This document shows, piece by piece, positions 1-9,756 of a DNA stretch of 28,658 bases. Origin of the DNA: Candidatus Aegiribacteria sp. (GTDB taxonomy: Bacteria; Fermentibacterota; Fermentibacteria; Fermentibacterales; JCC-6); contig JAWOBF010000088.1 in NCBI GenBank assembly GCA_046498225.1, forward strand, positions 1 to 28,658, written 5' to 3'. The notes under the pieces are model-generated. The model did no database searches and had not been told where the DNA came from. It saw nothing but the letters and a program-made list of their open reading frames with translations. A program made the translations under genes and the position numbers. The stretch's first letter is position 1. Each line of letters opens with the position of its first letter.

Positions 1-956
1 AGGATGATGAGCAGGGTGTAGATGGTTATGTAGATGGCGCTTCCTGGCGCCAGGTGAGCGTTGACCCACGTGTCTACCCCCGAGTTGGGAAAGAACATGG
101 CGACGCTGCTGGGGAACATCATGAAGGCCTGGGCGAATATCACCGGAATCACGCCGGCGGTATTGAGCCTCAGCGGTATGTGGGTGCTCTGCCCCCCGTA
201 CACCTTCCTTCCCCTGACCTGCTTGGCGTATGTGACCGGTATCCTTCTCTGTGATTCCGTCATGAGGACCACGAACGCAACCACCGCGAACATGAACACT
301 CCGAGGAAGATGGCGGTTATGAAACCGGTCTGCTGGAGCACGAACACATCCTGGTAGAGCGATACCAGCGCGCCGGGGAGTCTTCCCACTATGCCCGCGA
401 ATATTATCAGGCTGATCCCGTTGCCGATTCCCCGCTCGGTTATCCTCTCGCCCAGCCACATTACGAAGATGGTACCGGTTATCAGCGTGACCACCGTCTG
501 GACGGTGAAGCCGATGCCCGGGTTGGGCACTATCATCATCCCCTGGCTGTTCAGTCCGATAAGGTACTGGGATATTCCCAGGCCCTGGATCAAGGCGAGG
601 ATGACGGTTCCGTACCTGGTTATCTCCGTCATTTTCTGTCTGCCGGCCTCGCCTTCCTTCTTCAATCTCTCGAAGTAGGGGAAGACGGAAGTCAGCAGCT
701 GAATGATGATGGATGCCGAAATGTACGGCATGATGCCCAGGGCGAAAACGGAGGCCCTCCTGAGCGCTCCGCCCACGAACAGGTCGTACATTCCCATCAG
801 ACCGCCCCCCTGGGCGAATGCCTGGTTCAGGGCGTTGCCGTCTATGCCGGGTACCGGTATGTGACCTCCTACCCTGTAGACCGCCAGAAGGAGGAAGGTG
901 TAGAATATCTTCTTCCTCAGCTCGGGAATCTTCAGGACGTTCTCGAAGCCACGCAT
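1..956 (-). CDS. secY: Preprotein translocase SecY (3' end runs off the window)
   Basis: Manual translation from ATG at 956 (TGATG overlap with the rplO stop): MRGFENVLKIPELRKKIFYTFLLLAVYRVGGHIPVPGID..., later ALGIMPYISASII and WLGERITERGIGNGISLIIFAGI; canonical position after rplO. Confidence 0.98.
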   Translation of the reverse strand, partial: MRGFENVLKIPELRKKIFYTFLLLAVYRVGGHIPVPGIDGNALNQAFAQGGGLMGMYDLFVGGALRRASVFALGIMPYISASIIIQLLTSVFPYFERLKKEGEAGRQKMTEITRYGTVILALIQGLGISQYLIGLNSQGMMIVPNPGIGFTVQTVVTLITGTIFVMWLGERITERGIGNGISLIIFAGIVGRLPGALVSLYQDVFVLQQTGFITAIFLGVFMFAVVAFVVLMTESQRRIPVTYAKQVRGRKVYGGQSTHIPLRLNTAGVIPVIFAQAFMMFPSSVAMFFPNSGVDTWVNAHLAPGSAIYITIYTLLII

Positions 957-1399
957 CAGTCAAGCACCTCCACCGTACCTCCGGCGTCCTCAATCCTCTT
1001 CGCCGCGCCGGCGCTGAAAGAGTGGGCGCATACGGTGAGAGGCTTCTTCAGCTGACCGTTGCCCAGTATCTTCACCGGCCGCATCCTTGAGGATACGAGG
1101 CCGGCATCCTTGAGCATGTCCACCGTAACGACGCTGTCGGCCTCGAACCTGTCCAGCTTGTCCAGGTTCACTATCTGGTACTTGACGGCGAAACGTGCGT
1201 TGTTGAAACCCTTATGGCTCATTCTCCTCTGAATGGGCATCTGGCCGCCCTCGAACCAGGGCTTGATGCTGGTCCGTGCCCGCTGGCCCTTGTGTCCCTT
1301 GCCGCCGGTCCCCCCTCTGCCGGAACCTCTGCCTCGGCCCCGCCTTGAAGAGTCCGAGGTGGCTCCCCTGGCGGGTCTCAGGTGCTGCAAGCGTCTCAT
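956..1399 (-). CDS. rplO: 50S ribosomal protein L15
   Basis: GRGRGSGRGGTGGKGHKGQRAR, FEGGQMPIQRR, VKILGNG motifs. Confidence 0.98.
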   Translation of the reverse strand: MRRLQHLRPARGATSDSSRRGRGRGSGRGGTGGKGHKGQRARTSIKPWFEGGQMPIQRRMSHKGFNNARFAVKYQIVNLDKLDRFEADSVVTVDMLKDAGLVSSRMRPVKILGNGQLKKPLTVCAHSFSAGAAKRIEDAGGTVEVLD

Positions 1400-1587
1400 T
1401 TATCTACCTCCTCGACCTCCACCAGATGGGCGACCCTGTTTATCATGCCGCGTATCTCCGGATTGTCCCGGTGAACGACCGTATGATGAAGTCTCCTGAT
1501 CCCCAGGGCTTCCAGGGTGCGCTTCTGCACTTCCTTCCGGCCGATCGCGCTCTTTATCTGTGTTATTCTCAGTTTTCTGTCAGCCAT
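1396..1587 (-). CDS. rpmD: 50S ribosomal protein L30
   Basis: [12 protein letters not shown]...[14 protein letters not shown]...[12 protein letters not shown]; start set to the ATG at 1587 by SD spacing (1590 is an alternative). Confidence 0.96.
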   Translation of the reverse strand: MADRKLRITQIKSAIGRKEVQKRTLEALGIRRLHHTVVHRDNPEIRGMINRVAHLVEVEEVDK

Positions 1588-2134
1588 CATTTCCCCTTCT
1601 GGCAACCGCGGCCTGGCGCAATCCGCCTACCCTGTCTATCAGGACAAGGTCCCGAAGACCTTTCATGGCGGCCTTCACCACATTGTGGGGATTGTTGGAG
1701 CCCTGCGACTTGGTCAGCACGTCCTTGATGCCGGCGCACTCCATAACCGCTCTTACCGCAGCCCCGGCTATCACGCCGGTTCCCGGGCTGGCCGGACGGA
1801 GCATGACCTTGCCCGCGCCGTGCCTTCCGAGGATCTTGTGCGGTATCGTTCTTCCATCTATGAGAGGGATGCTTATCATGCTCTTCCTGGCGTCATCCTG
1901 GGCTTTCCTGATGGCTTCGGGCAGTTCGGTGGCCTTGCCCAGACCCACTCCGACCTTCCCTTTTGCGTCGCCAACTGCCACTATGGCGTTGAAACCGAAG
2001 TTCCTGCCGCCCTTCGTAACCTTGGCGACCCTGTTTATGGCTATCAGTCTGTCGATGAGCCCGGCTTCCTCCAGCTTCGATTCCCTCTTCCTGCCGGAGC
2101 TGTCCTTTTTATCCCTTTTGTTCCTGTTATCCAA
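1580..2134 (-). CDS. rpsE: 30S ribosomal protein S5
   Basis: [43 protein letters not shown] start. Confidence 0.97.
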   Translation of the reverse strand: MDNRNKRDKKDSSGRKRESKLEEAGLIDRLIAINRVAKVTKGGRNFGFNAIVAVGDAKGKVGVGLGKATELPEAIRKAQDDARKSMISIPLIDGRTIPHKILGRHGAGKVMLRPASPGTGVIAGAAVRAVMECAGIKDVLTKSQGSNNPHNVVKAAMKGLRDLVLIDRVGGLRQAAVARRGNDG

Positions 2135-2151
2135 TGTCCAGCCTGTCCCTT

Positions 2152-2514
2152 CTACAACCTGAGCCCGGCTTCACGGGCATTCTCGGCCAGTGCCCTGACC
2201 CTGCCGTGGTAGGGATGCCCCCCACGGTCGAAGACGGCCTGCTCTATGCCCTTCTCCCTGGCCCTGTCGGCAAGGAGCTTTCCAAGCCTGGAGGCCTGCT
2301 CGGTCTTTGTTTCCTTCTTGACGGTGGCGAAGCTGCCCGCTTTTGTGGTGATGGTGAGCAGAGTCTCCCCCGTAAGATCGTTTATAAGACTGGCTTCCAT
2401 GTGCTTCAATGTCTTTCTAACCAGCAGCCTTGGCTTCTCGCCCGTTCCATGCAGCCTTTTCCTTATATGGAAATGCCGGCGTCGGAGGCGCTGCTTTCTG
2501 GTCATTCTCGCCAT
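2152..2514 (-). CDS. rplR: 50S ribosomal protein L18
   Basis: [25 protein letters not shown]. Confidence 0.98.
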   Translation of the reverse strand: MARMTRKQRLRRRHFHIRKRLHGTGEKPRLLVRKTLKHMEASLINDLTGETLLTITTKAGSFATVKKETKTEQASRLGKLLADRAREKGIEQAVFDRGGHPYHGRVRALAENAREAGLRL

Positions 2515-2534
2515 TTCTCAGTCTCCTCCTGACA

Positions 2535-3077
2535 TTAGGTTATCGTCTTCACGGCCTTGCGCTTGACGTACTGATCGGAATACCTGAACCCGATCAGGTT
2601 GTATGGCTCCACCGGCTTGGTCCTGTACAGCTCCGCGCTGAAGGCTCCCACAAGCTGTTTGTCTATACCGGTGACGGTAAGGGTGAAGGAGTTCTGGCCC
2701 GGCTTTATGTCCAGCTCCAGGCCACGGGGGATCTCGAACAGAACCTTGTGCGAGAAACCCAGCTGCATCTCCAGTATCCGGCCCTTGACCTCGGCCTGGT
2801 AACCTTTTCCTTCCACTATGAGCGTCCTGCCGTGACCCTGGGAAACACCCTGGATACGGTTGGCCAGGTGGGCCCTGGTGGTTCCGTGAAGCCTGCTCAG
2901 CTCCTTCGTATCCCTCTCCCGGGTGATCAGTATCTCATCGCCTATCTCCACCTTGATACCCTGCGGGATCACCATTTCCATCTCGCCTCTGGGACCCTTG
3001 ACCTTCAGCAGGTCCTTCTCCGCGGTGACGGTGACCTTCTCCGGTACCGGAACAGGCAGTTTTCCTATTCGTGACAT
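2535..3077 (-). CDS. rplF: 50S ribosomal protein L6
   Basis: MSRIGKLPV from ATG 3077 (the ORF track start at 3239 overlaps rpsH), VKGPRGE, LGFSH, GIDKQLVG. Confidence 0.97.
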   Translation of the reverse strand: MSRIGKLPVPVPEKVTVTAEKDLLKVKGPRGEMEMVIPQGIKVEIGDEILITRERDTKELSRLHGTTRAHLANRIQGVSQGHGRTLIVEGKGYQAEVKGRILEMQLGFSHKVLFEIPRGLELDIKPGQNSFTLTVTGIDKQLVGAFSAELYRTKPVEPYNLIGFRYSDQYVKRKAVKTIT

Positions 3078-3091
3078 CCTTCTACCACTCC

Positions 3092-3487
3092 TTACCAGAC
3101 ATGCAGCAGCACTTCGCCGCCCACATGCTGTTTCCGGGCCTCCGCGTCGGTCAGGACGCCCCGGGGAGTGGTGAGGACTGCGACGCCCTTTCCACCCATG
3201 ACCCTGGGGATGTTGTCGGCATCGGTGTATACCCTGCACCCGGGCTTCGATATCCTCTTCAGGCCGACTATGAGCGGCTGGTCGTTCCTGTATGCGAGAT
3301 AGACCCTGAGTATACCCTGCTTATCATCCTCGATGAGCCTGAAACCCCTTATGAAGCCTCTGTTGTAGAGGGTCTTGGCTATGGAGGTCTTCAGATTGGA
3401 AGCGGGTATATCCACGATCTTGTGCTCGGCACGGGAAGCATTTCGTATCCGGGTAAGCATATCCGCTATTGGATCGGTCATTGACAT
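3092..3487 (-). CDS. rpsH: 30S ribosomal protein S8
   Basis: MTDPIADMLTRIRNA, RISKPGCRVY, VGGEVL. Confidence 0.98.
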   Translation of the reverse strand: MSMTDPIADMLTRIRNASRAEHKIVDIPASNLKTSIAKTLYNRGFIRGFRLIEDDKQGILRVYLAYRNDQPLIVGLKRISKPGCRVYTDADNIPRVMGGKGVAVLTTPRGVLTDAEARKQHVGGEVLLHVW

Positions 3488-3499
3488 TCTTTCGCCTCC

Positions 3500-3685
3500 C
3501 TACCAGCTGGCCTTGCGAACACCGGGAAGAAGGCCCCTGTTGACCATATCCCGGAAACAGATGCGGCAGATGCCGTACTTCCTCAGGTAACCCCGGGGCC
3601 GTCCGCAGATTGAGCACCTGTTGTACTTCCTGACCTTGAACTTGGGGGTTTTCTTCTGTTTCTCTATCAGAGCTTTTCTAGCCAA
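3500..3685 (-). CDS. rpsZ: 30S ribosomal protein S14, short Zn-binding type (S14 type Z)
   Basis: 61 aa, [10 protein letters not shown]...GICRICFR...[11 protein letters not shown] start. Confidence 0.97.
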   Translation of the reverse strand: MARKALIEKQKKTPKFKVRKYNRCSICGRPRGYLRKYGICRICFRDMVNRGLLPGVRKASW

Positions 3686-3702
3686 TTTATCACCACCCCC
3701 TG

Positions 3703-4263
3703 CTAACCTGTGCTCTTGCGGAAGGGCATGCCGATGAGCTTAAGCAGCTCAAGGGCTTCCTCATCTGTGGGAGCACTCGTTACTATTGTTATGTTCATTC
3801 CCCTGAACTTGTCTATGCTGTCCACGTTGATCTCGGGGAATATCGCCTGTTCCTCTACTCCGAAGTTGTAGTTGCCGCGTCCGTCGAACCCCCGGGGAGA
3901 GAGACCTCTGAAGTCCCTGACCTGGGGTATGGAAAAGGTTATGAGCCTGTCCAGGAATTCCCACATCCGGTCTCCCCTCAGTGTCACGAAGGTCCCTATC
4001 GGGGTACCCTCCCTGAGGCGGAATCCCGCCACGGACTTCTTTGCCCTGGAAACAACCGGCATCTGACCGGTTATGGTGGCCAGCTGCTCCGTAGCGTTCT
4101 TCAGGTTGTTGGCGTTCTCCATGGCCTCTCTTCCGAGGCCCATGTTAACCACGACCTTCTGCACACAGGGTATCCTGTGAACATTATCGTAGTCGAAGCG
4201 CTCTCTCATTCTGTCCCGCAACTCTTCCTGGTAGACTTTCTCAAGTCTCGGCAGCGTCCTCAC
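3703..4263 (-). CDS. rplE: 50S ribosomal protein L5
   Basis: [38 protein letters not shown] start. Confidence 0.98.
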   Translation of the reverse strand: MRTLPRLEKVYQEELRDRMRERFDYDNVHRIPCVQKVVVNMGLGREAMENANNLKNATEQLATITGQMPVVSRAKKSVAGFRLREGTPIGTFVTLRGDRMWEFLDRLITFSIPQVRDFRGLSPRGFDGRGNYNFGVEEQAIFPEINVDSIDKFRGMNITIVTSAPTDEEALELLKLIGMPFRKSTG

Positions 4264-4273
4264 TGGTCACCTC

Positions 4274-4591
4274 CTATCCGGTTGAAATAGTTTCGTTGCA
4301 CGCCTTGCAGTGGCGCTGCAGCCTGCCCTCTTCATCCCTGCTCCGGGATATTCCCGCGGCCTCACCGCAGCCGGGGCAGATTACCTTGAGATTGGAGACC
4401 TGTATAGGTGCCTCTTTCTCGATTATCCCCCCCTGCTGGTTCTTGGAAGAGGGTCTTGTATGTCTCTTTATCAGGTTCAGTCCCTCTACTATGGCCCGGT
4501 TCTCCTTCTGAAAGACCTTCAGGACCTTTCCCTGCTTTCCCCGGTCCTCTCCCGTGATGACCAGGACCCTGTCTCCCTTCCTGACATGCAT
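4274..4591 (-). CDS. rplX: 50S ribosomal protein L24
   Basis: KOW motif RKGDRVLVITGEDRGKQG, GGIIEKEAPIQVSN; start 4591 by SD spacing (4594 is an alternative). Confidence 0.97.
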   Translation of the reverse strand: MHVRKGDRVLVITGEDRGKQGKVLKVFQKENRAIVEGLNLIKRHTRPSSKNQQGGIIEKEAPIQVSNLKVICPGCGEAAGISRSRDEEGRLQRHCKACNETISTG

Positions 4592-4956
4592 CATATCACC
4601 TCCGGGGCCAGGGACACTATCTTCATGAAATGCTCTCTCAGTTCACGCCCCACCGGCCCGAATATCCTGGTGGCCACCGGCTGGTAGGCGTCATCAAGTA
4701 TGACCACGGCGTTATCGCCGAAACGGACGGAGGTTCCGTCCTGCCGGTTGAGTTCCTTCCTGGTACGGACGATGACCGCTCTCCTCACCTCTTTGGCCTT
4801 TACCGCCCCGTCGGGAAGGGCGTCCTTGACCGTGACCACTATCACGTCACCGATGGATGCGTACCTGCGCCTGGTTCCTCCCAGGACCTTTATGCACTGG
4901 ACGGTCCTGGCGCCGGAGTTATCCGCAACCTTCAGTTTTGTCTCCTGCTGAATCAT
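4591..4956 (-). CDS. rplN: 50S ribosomal protein L14
   Basis: [16 protein letters not shown] from ATG 4956 with [28 protein letters not shown]. Confidence 0.98.
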   Translation of the reverse strand: MIQQETKLKVADNSGARTVQCIKVLGGTRRRYASIGDVIVVTVKDALPDGAVKAKEVRRAVIVRTRKELNRQDGTSVRFGDNAVVILDDAYQPVATRIFGPVGRELREHFMKIVSLAPEVI

Positions 4957-4967
4957 CGCGATCCCTC

Positions 4968-5231
4968 CTATTGTGCCCGCTGCACAATATCGAGAACACG
5001 CCAGCGCTTGGTCCTGGACAGCGGCCGGGTCTCGGCGATGGTTATCCTGTCGCCTATGCCGCACTGGTTCTCTTCATCGTGAACGTAGTACTTCTTCGTG
5101 CTGTGGTAACGCTTCCTGTAAACCGGGTGCGCCTTGACGGATGCCACCTCGACTATCACAGTCTTGTCCATGGCGTTGGAGATAACGGTGCCCGTAAGGA
5201 CCCTTCTGTTGCCAACTCTCGTTTCAGCCAT
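4968..5231 (-). CDS. rpsQ: 30S ribosomal protein S17
   Basis: [34 protein letters not shown] at 5231. Confidence 0.97.
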   Translation of the reverse strand: MAETRVGNRRVLTGTVISNAMDKTVIVEVASVKAHPVYRKRYHSTKKYYVHDEENQCGIGDRITIAETRPLSRTKRWRVLDIVQRAQ

Positions 5232-5232
5232 T

Positions 5233-5451
5233 CTAACTTCCTTCCCCTGGCCCGGATTCAAGCCCCGAATCCAGCTCTCTGAGCACGGTAAGGGTCCTGG
5301 CCAGATCCTTGCGGGCGGTCCTGATTCTCAGGGGATTGTCAAGCTGCTGGGTAGTGCTTCGGAACCTGAGGTTGAAAAGTTCCTGCCTGAGTTCCCTGGC
5401 ATGCTCCTCGAGTTCCTCCCGGCTCATGGCTCGGAGCTCGTGCGCTTTCAT
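5233..5451 (-). CDS. rpmC: 50S ribosomal protein L29
   Basis: MKAHELR...ELFNLRF...QLDNPLRIRTARKDLARTLT. Confidence 0.97.
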   Translation of the reverse strand: MKAHELRAMSREELEEHARELRQELFNLRFRSTTQQLDNPLRIRTARKDLARTLTVLRELDSGLESGPGEGS

Positions 5452-5871
5452 CTAAAGCTCCTCTCTGTCGCGAACCATGAACCTGGTCTTGATGGGAAGC
5501 TTGTGCCCCGCCAGCCTCATGGCGGACTTGGCCAGTTCAACCGGGACCCCCTCGAGTTCGAACATCACGCGGCCGGGCTTGACCACGGCTACCCAGTGGT
5601 CCACCGCTCCCTTGCCCTTGCCCATCCGGGTCTCGGCCGGAGTGGAGGTGACGGGCTTGTCCGGAAATATCCTAATCCAGACCTTGCCCCCCCTCTTGAC
5701 GTGCCTGGTGAGGGCCACCCTGGCAGCCTCGATCTGGGCGCTGGTTATCCAGCCCGGTTCCATGGCCTGAAGTCCGTACTCACCGAAGGAAACGGTTCCG
5801 CCTCCCTTTGCGGTGCCTCTCATCCTGCCCCGGTGCTGCTTTCTGTACTTGGTTCTCTTGGGCATCAACAT
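5452..5871 (-). CDS. rplP: 50S ribosomal protein L16
   Basis: [31 protein letters not shown]. Confidence 0.98.
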   Translation of the reverse strand: MLMPKRTKYRKQHRGRMRGTAKGGGTVSFGEYGLQAMEPGWITSAQIEAARVALTRHVKRGGKVWIRIFPDKPVTSTPAETRMGKGKGAVDHWVAVVKPGRVMFELEGVPVELAKSAMRLAGHKLPIKTRFMVRDREEL

Positions 5872-5877
5872 CGGTGA

Positions 5878-6540
5878 TCACCTGCCATCCGTAGTGCCGG
5901 ATATGGGGGGCTCATGGATCTCTCCATGGTAGACCCATACCTTGACGCCGATGGTTCCGTAGGTGGTCAGCGCGGTATCCCGGGCGAAGTCGATATCGGC
6001 TCTGAGGGTGTGAAGCGGGACCCTGCCCTCATGGTAGGTGTTCACCCTGGACATCTCCGCTCCGCCGAGACGGCCGGCGCAGCAGACCTTCATGCCTTCC
6101 GCACCGTCGGATATGGCGTCCCGGAGGGCCATTCTCATCGCCCTTCTCACGGAGACCCTGCCCTCTATCTGCCGTGCTATCTTGTCGGCCACCAGAACCG
6201 CGTCGCACCTGTCTTTTCTTACTTCCTGCACCTTGGTCCTTACGGTCTTTCCTCCCACGAGGACCTTGAGCTCGTTGGTGATCCTGTCTATGTTGGAACC
6301 CTTGCTCCCGATCACCTGGCCGGGTCTGGCGGTCCAGATCACCACTTCCACCTCCTGGGGCTTCCGCAGGATCTCTATCCTGGATACCCTGGCCTTCTCC
6401 AGCCTGGAACCCAGATATCTCCGAATGTCGGCATCTTCCTTCAGATACTCGGCATACTTCCTGCCCCTGGCAAACCATGTGGAATCCCAGCCGCGGCTGA
6501 TACCAAGACGGAGGCCGACAGGATTGGTTTTCTGACCCAT
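5878..6540 (-). CDS. rpsC: 30S ribosomal protein S3
   Basis: MGQKTNPVGLRLG from ATG 6540, GRLGGAEM, GRVPLHTLRADID. Confidence 0.98.
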   Translation of the reverse strand: MGQKTNPVGLRLGISRGWDSTWFARGRKYAEYLKEDADIRRYLGSRLEKARVSRIEILRKPQEVEVVIWTARPGQVIGSKGSNIDRITNELKVLVGGKTVRTKVQEVRKDRCDAVLVADKIARQIEGRVSVRRAMRMALRDAISDGAEGMKVCCAGRLGGAEMSRVNTYHEGRVPLHTLRADIDFARDTALTTYGTIGVKVWVYHGEIHEPPISGTTDGR

Positions 6541-6541
6541 A

Positions 6542-6913
6542 CTATTCCTCTCGTCCCTGTTCGGCTGTCTCATCGGTGTTGACAACCGTCACTGATATGT
6601 GACTCGTTCTGTGTCTTATCCTGGTCGCACGGCCGCGGGCCCTGGGCCTCCACCTCATTGTTGTGGGACCCTCATCGACTATCACGTTCTGAACAACCAG
6701 CTCATCCACATCCAGCCGCTGTCCCTCGGCCTTGACTATGGCGTTGGCAACGGCGGAATCCAGCGTTTTCTCTATTATTCGCGAGGCGCTCCTGGGAACC
6801 GTCATCAGGATGGACAGCGCCTGATTGACCGTCCTTCCCCTGATGAGGTCCGCAATGTAACGGGCCTTTCTGGGAGGGACCTTCGCGAATCTCGCTCTGG
6901 CTACAGCCTTCAT
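6542..6913 (-). CDS. rplV: 50S ribosomal protein L22
   Basis: PRKARYIADLIRG, SAVANA, PRARGRA...RTSHI. Confidence 0.98.
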   Translation of the reverse strand: MKAVARARFAKVPPRKARYIADLIRGRTVNQALSILMTVPRSASRIIEKTLDSAVANAIVKAEGQRLDVDELVVQNVIVDEGPTTMRWRPRARGRATRIRHRTSHISVTVVNTDETAEQGREE

Positions 6914-6924
6914 ACCATCCCTCC

Positions 6925-7215
6925 CTAACTCTTAACCTTCTTCTTGCCGGCGGAATCGGTGTCCCGATGCCCCCGGAAGGTCCTGGTGGGAGCGAACTCC
7001 CCCAGCTTGTGACCGACCATGTTCTCAACCACATATACCGGTACGAATTTGCGACCGTTGTAAACGGCGAAGGTATGTCCCACGAATTCGGGAGGGATGG
7101 TGGATCTTCTGGACCAGGTCCTTATGATCTTCTTCTCTCCGGAAGCCTCCATCTTTCTGACCTTCTCGGCCAGCTTTTCCTGGATATAGGGACCCTTCTT
7201 AAGTGAACGGGCCAT
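6925..7215 (-). CDS. rpsS: 30S ribosomal protein S19
   Basis: [30 protein letters not shown]. Confidence 0.98.
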   Translation of the reverse strand: MARSLKKGPYIQEKLAEKVRKMEASGEKKIIRTWSRRSTIPPEFVGHTFAVYNGRKFVPVYVVENMVGHKLGEFAPTRTFRGHRDTDSAGKKKVKS

Positions 7216-7218
7216 AAC

Positions 7219-8058
7219 CTACTTCCTCCTTTTTCCTGTGGGTCTCCGCCTGGTTATCAGCTTGTCAGACGGCTTTTTCTTTCTGGTCCTCAGTCCCTTG
7301 GCAAGCTGTCCCCAGGGGGAACAGGGATGCCGTCCACCGCTGGACTTGCCCTCTCCGCCGCCCATGGGGTGGTCGATGGGGTTCATCGCAACTCCCCTGA
7401 CGTGCGGCCTGCGGCCCTTCCAGCGGCTGTTCCCGGCCTTGCCGGACACCACCAGGAAATGCTCGGGGTTGCCCACGGCCCCGATAGTTGCCATGCAGTT
7501 CACCGGGACCATTCTGGTTTCCCGGGAAGGCATCCTGAGGGTGGCGAACCTGCCCTCACGGGCCATGAGCTGTATCGAAGTACCGGCGCTGCGGGCGATC
7601 TGTCCGCCCTTGCCCGGCTTCAGCTCGACATTGTGAATGGTGGACCCCAGGGGGATCCTGGAGAGGGGGAGATGATTGCCGTTCTCGGGAGGTGAATCGG
7701 GCCCGGACTGTACAGTCTGCCCGACCTTGAGTCCCTCGGGGGCTATCATGTACCTCTTCTCCCCGTCGACGTAATGGACCAGGGCTATTCTTGCCGAGCG
7801 GTTGGGATCGTACTCGATGGTGGCGATCTTCCCCGGCACGCCGAACTTGTCCCTCTTGAAGTCTATTATCCTGTAACGTTTCTTGTGGCCGCCTCCCCGG
7901 TGTCTCGAGGTTACCCGGCCCCGGCTGTTCCTTCCGGCGCTGCTCTTCATGGATGACATGAGAGATTTTTCGCCATGATCTCTGGTTATGTCGTCGAACC
8001 CCGGAGATACCTTGAATCGAGTACCGGGAGTGGCTGGCTTCCATCGCTTCATGCTCAT
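7219..8058 (-). CDS. rplB: 50S ribosomal protein L2
   Basis: [49 protein letters not shown]. Confidence 0.99.
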   Translation of the reverse strand: MSMKRWKPATPGTRFKVSPGFDDITRDHGEKSLMSSMKSSAGRNSRGRVTSRHRGGGHKKRYRIIDFKRDKFGVPGKIATIEYDPNRSARIALVHYVDGEKRYMIAPEGLKVGQTVQSGPDSPPENGNHLPLSRIPLGSTIHNVELKPGKGGQIARSAGTSIQLMAREGRFATLRMPSRETRMVPVNCMATIGAVGNPEHFLVVSGKAGNSRWKGRRPHVRGVAMNPIDHPMGGGEGKSSGGRHPCSPWGQLAKGLRTRKKKPSDKLITRRRPTGKRRK

Positions 8059-8064
8059 ATCAGC

Positions 8065-8355
8065 TTACACCCCCTCGAAGAAATCCACGGTATCACCTTC
8101 GGCCAGGGTGACTATGGCTTTCTTCCATGATGGTCTCCGGCCCAGGCTCCTGCCCAGCCGCTTCTTCTTTCCCTGCATCCTCATCGTTCTTACATCCGTA
8201 ACTCTGACCTCGAACAGCTCCTCTATGGCCTGGGCTATCTGCCTCTTGGTGGCGGTGGGAATTACCCTGAAGGCGTACTTGTTCTTGTTCTCCCTCAGAA
8301 GAGTGCTCTTCTCGGTTACCAACGGTCTTATGACTATCTGTCTCGCGTCCTTCAT
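8065..8355 (-). CDS. rplW: 50S ribosomal protein L23
   Basis: RPLVTEKS, AIEELFEVRV, WKKAIVTL. Confidence 0.98.
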   Translation of the reverse strand: MKDARQIVIRPLVTEKSTLLRENKNKYAFRVIPTATKRQIAQAIEELFEVRVTDVRTMRMQGKKKRLGRSLGRRPSWKKAIVTLAEGDTVDFFEGV

Positions 8356-8975
8356 ATCAGTCTCCCCTTCAGAAGATCAACCGCTTCCTCCGATAGAAGG
8401 ACGACTTCGGAATTGACCAGGTCGTGAATGGAGACACTGGAAGCGTCCGCCGTCTTCAGACGGGGAATGTTACGGGAAGCCCTCTTCAGGAGGTCATCAT
8501 CGTCCCTGACGAGCAGCAGTGTCGTTCTGCCCTGGCATTCATGGCTCCTGAGCATGTCGGCGACCTCCCTGGTCCTTCCGGTGGACTTCAGTTCCCTGAC
8601 CACCCTCAGGTTCCCTTCGGCCAGTCTTTCGCTGAGTATGCCGGCCAGGGCCTTCCGCCTGACCTTCCTGTTCAGCCGTATGTTCCATTTCCTGGGCTTC
8701 GGACCGAAGGTGACACCGCCGCCCCTCCAGATGGGGGATGCCACGGAGCCGGCCCTGGCGTTCCCGGTGCTCTTCTGGCGCCAGGGTTTCCTGCCGGAGG
8801 CCTGCACCTCGCTTCTGCCCAGAGTGGAGGCTGTTCCCCGCCGGGCGTTGAGGGACTCGGCCCTCACGGCCTCCCACAGTATGTGAGTGGAAACGTTCAT
8901 CCCGAACATCTCCTCAGGCAGTTCGGTCCTGCCGACCTCCTCGCCTGACATCGTGTAGACAATCGCGTCAGCCAT
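8352..8975 (-). CDS. rplD: 50S ribosomal protein L4
   Basis: RKPWRQKSTGNARAGS, SPIWRGGGVTFGPKPR. Confidence 0.98.
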   Translation of the reverse strand: MADAIVYTMSGEEVGRTELPEEMFGMNVSTHILWEAVRAESLNARRGTASTLGRSEVQASGRKPWRQKSTGNARAGSVASPIWRGGGVTFGPKPRKWNIRLNRKVRRKALAGILSERLAEGNLRVVRELKSTGRTREVADMLRSHECQGRTTLLLVRDDDDLLKRASRNIPRLKTADASSVSIHDLVNSEVVLLSEEAVDLLKGRLI

Positions 8976-8977
8976 GA

Positions 8978-9610
8978 CTAGACCTCACCCCCAGATCTCT
9001 GTTTCTTTATAAGTATGTAGCCGTTCCTGGAACCGGGAACCGCTCCCTTGAGTACCAGGAGGTTCTTCTCCGAGTCCACCTGCACCACTTCCAGGTTCCT
9101 GACCGTTATCCTCTTTCCCCCGTCCCTTCCGGGCATCTTCTTGTTCTTCCAGACCCGGGAAGGAGTAGCGCACTGGCCGATGGACCCGGGGACCCTGTGG
9201 GACTTGTTGCCGTGGGTACTGTCTCCCCCGGAGAAACCGTGACGTTTCACCACACCCTGGAATCCCTTGCCCTTGGTCAGTCCGGTAACGTCAACCTTCT
9301 CGCCGGGAGCGAACATGGAGACGTCCAGAAAATCTCCCACCGACACCTCCCGCCCGGGCATGGGAACTTCACGGAACCTGGAGACCGGAGGGGCCCCGCT
9401 TTTCTCCAGGTGACCCAGAACAGGCTTGTTCAACCGCTGCTTCTTCTGGCTCCTGTAACCAATCTGGAGCGCTTCGTACCCGTCGGTCTCCATGGTCTTC
9501 ACCTGGGTGACCGGGTTGGGCTGGGCCTCCAGCACCGTGACCGGAACCGCTTTCCCGTCTTCTCTGAAGACACGGGTCATACCTATCTTACGAGCCATTA
9601 TTCCGCTCAT
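8978..9610 (-). CDS. rplC: 50S ribosomal protein L3
   Basis: KIGMTRVF, DGYEALQIG, KGKGFQGVVKRHGF, KGAVPG. Confidence 0.98.
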   Translation of the reverse strand: MSGIMARKIGMTRVFREDGKAVPVTVLEAQPNPVTQVKTMETDGYEALQIGYRSQKKQRLNKPVLGHLEKSGAPPVSRFREVPMPGREVSVGDFLDVSMFAPGEKVDVTGLTKGKGFQGVVKRHGFSGGDSTHGNKSHRVPGSIGQCATPSRVWKNKKMPGRDGGKRITVRNLEVVQVDSEKNLLVLKGAVPGSRNGYILIKKQRSGGEV

Positions 9611-9756
9611 AGATCACTTCCCATCGCTGAAGTCCCCGATGTAGGCGGGGGGACGAGCGTTTCTTTTGTCCCGCCTGCCGGTCAACCGCCATTGTCCGGC
9701 AGTGCGTCGTTTCTCTTAACCCGGCGGAGCCGGGTCAGTTAGAAAGAACGGTTAAT

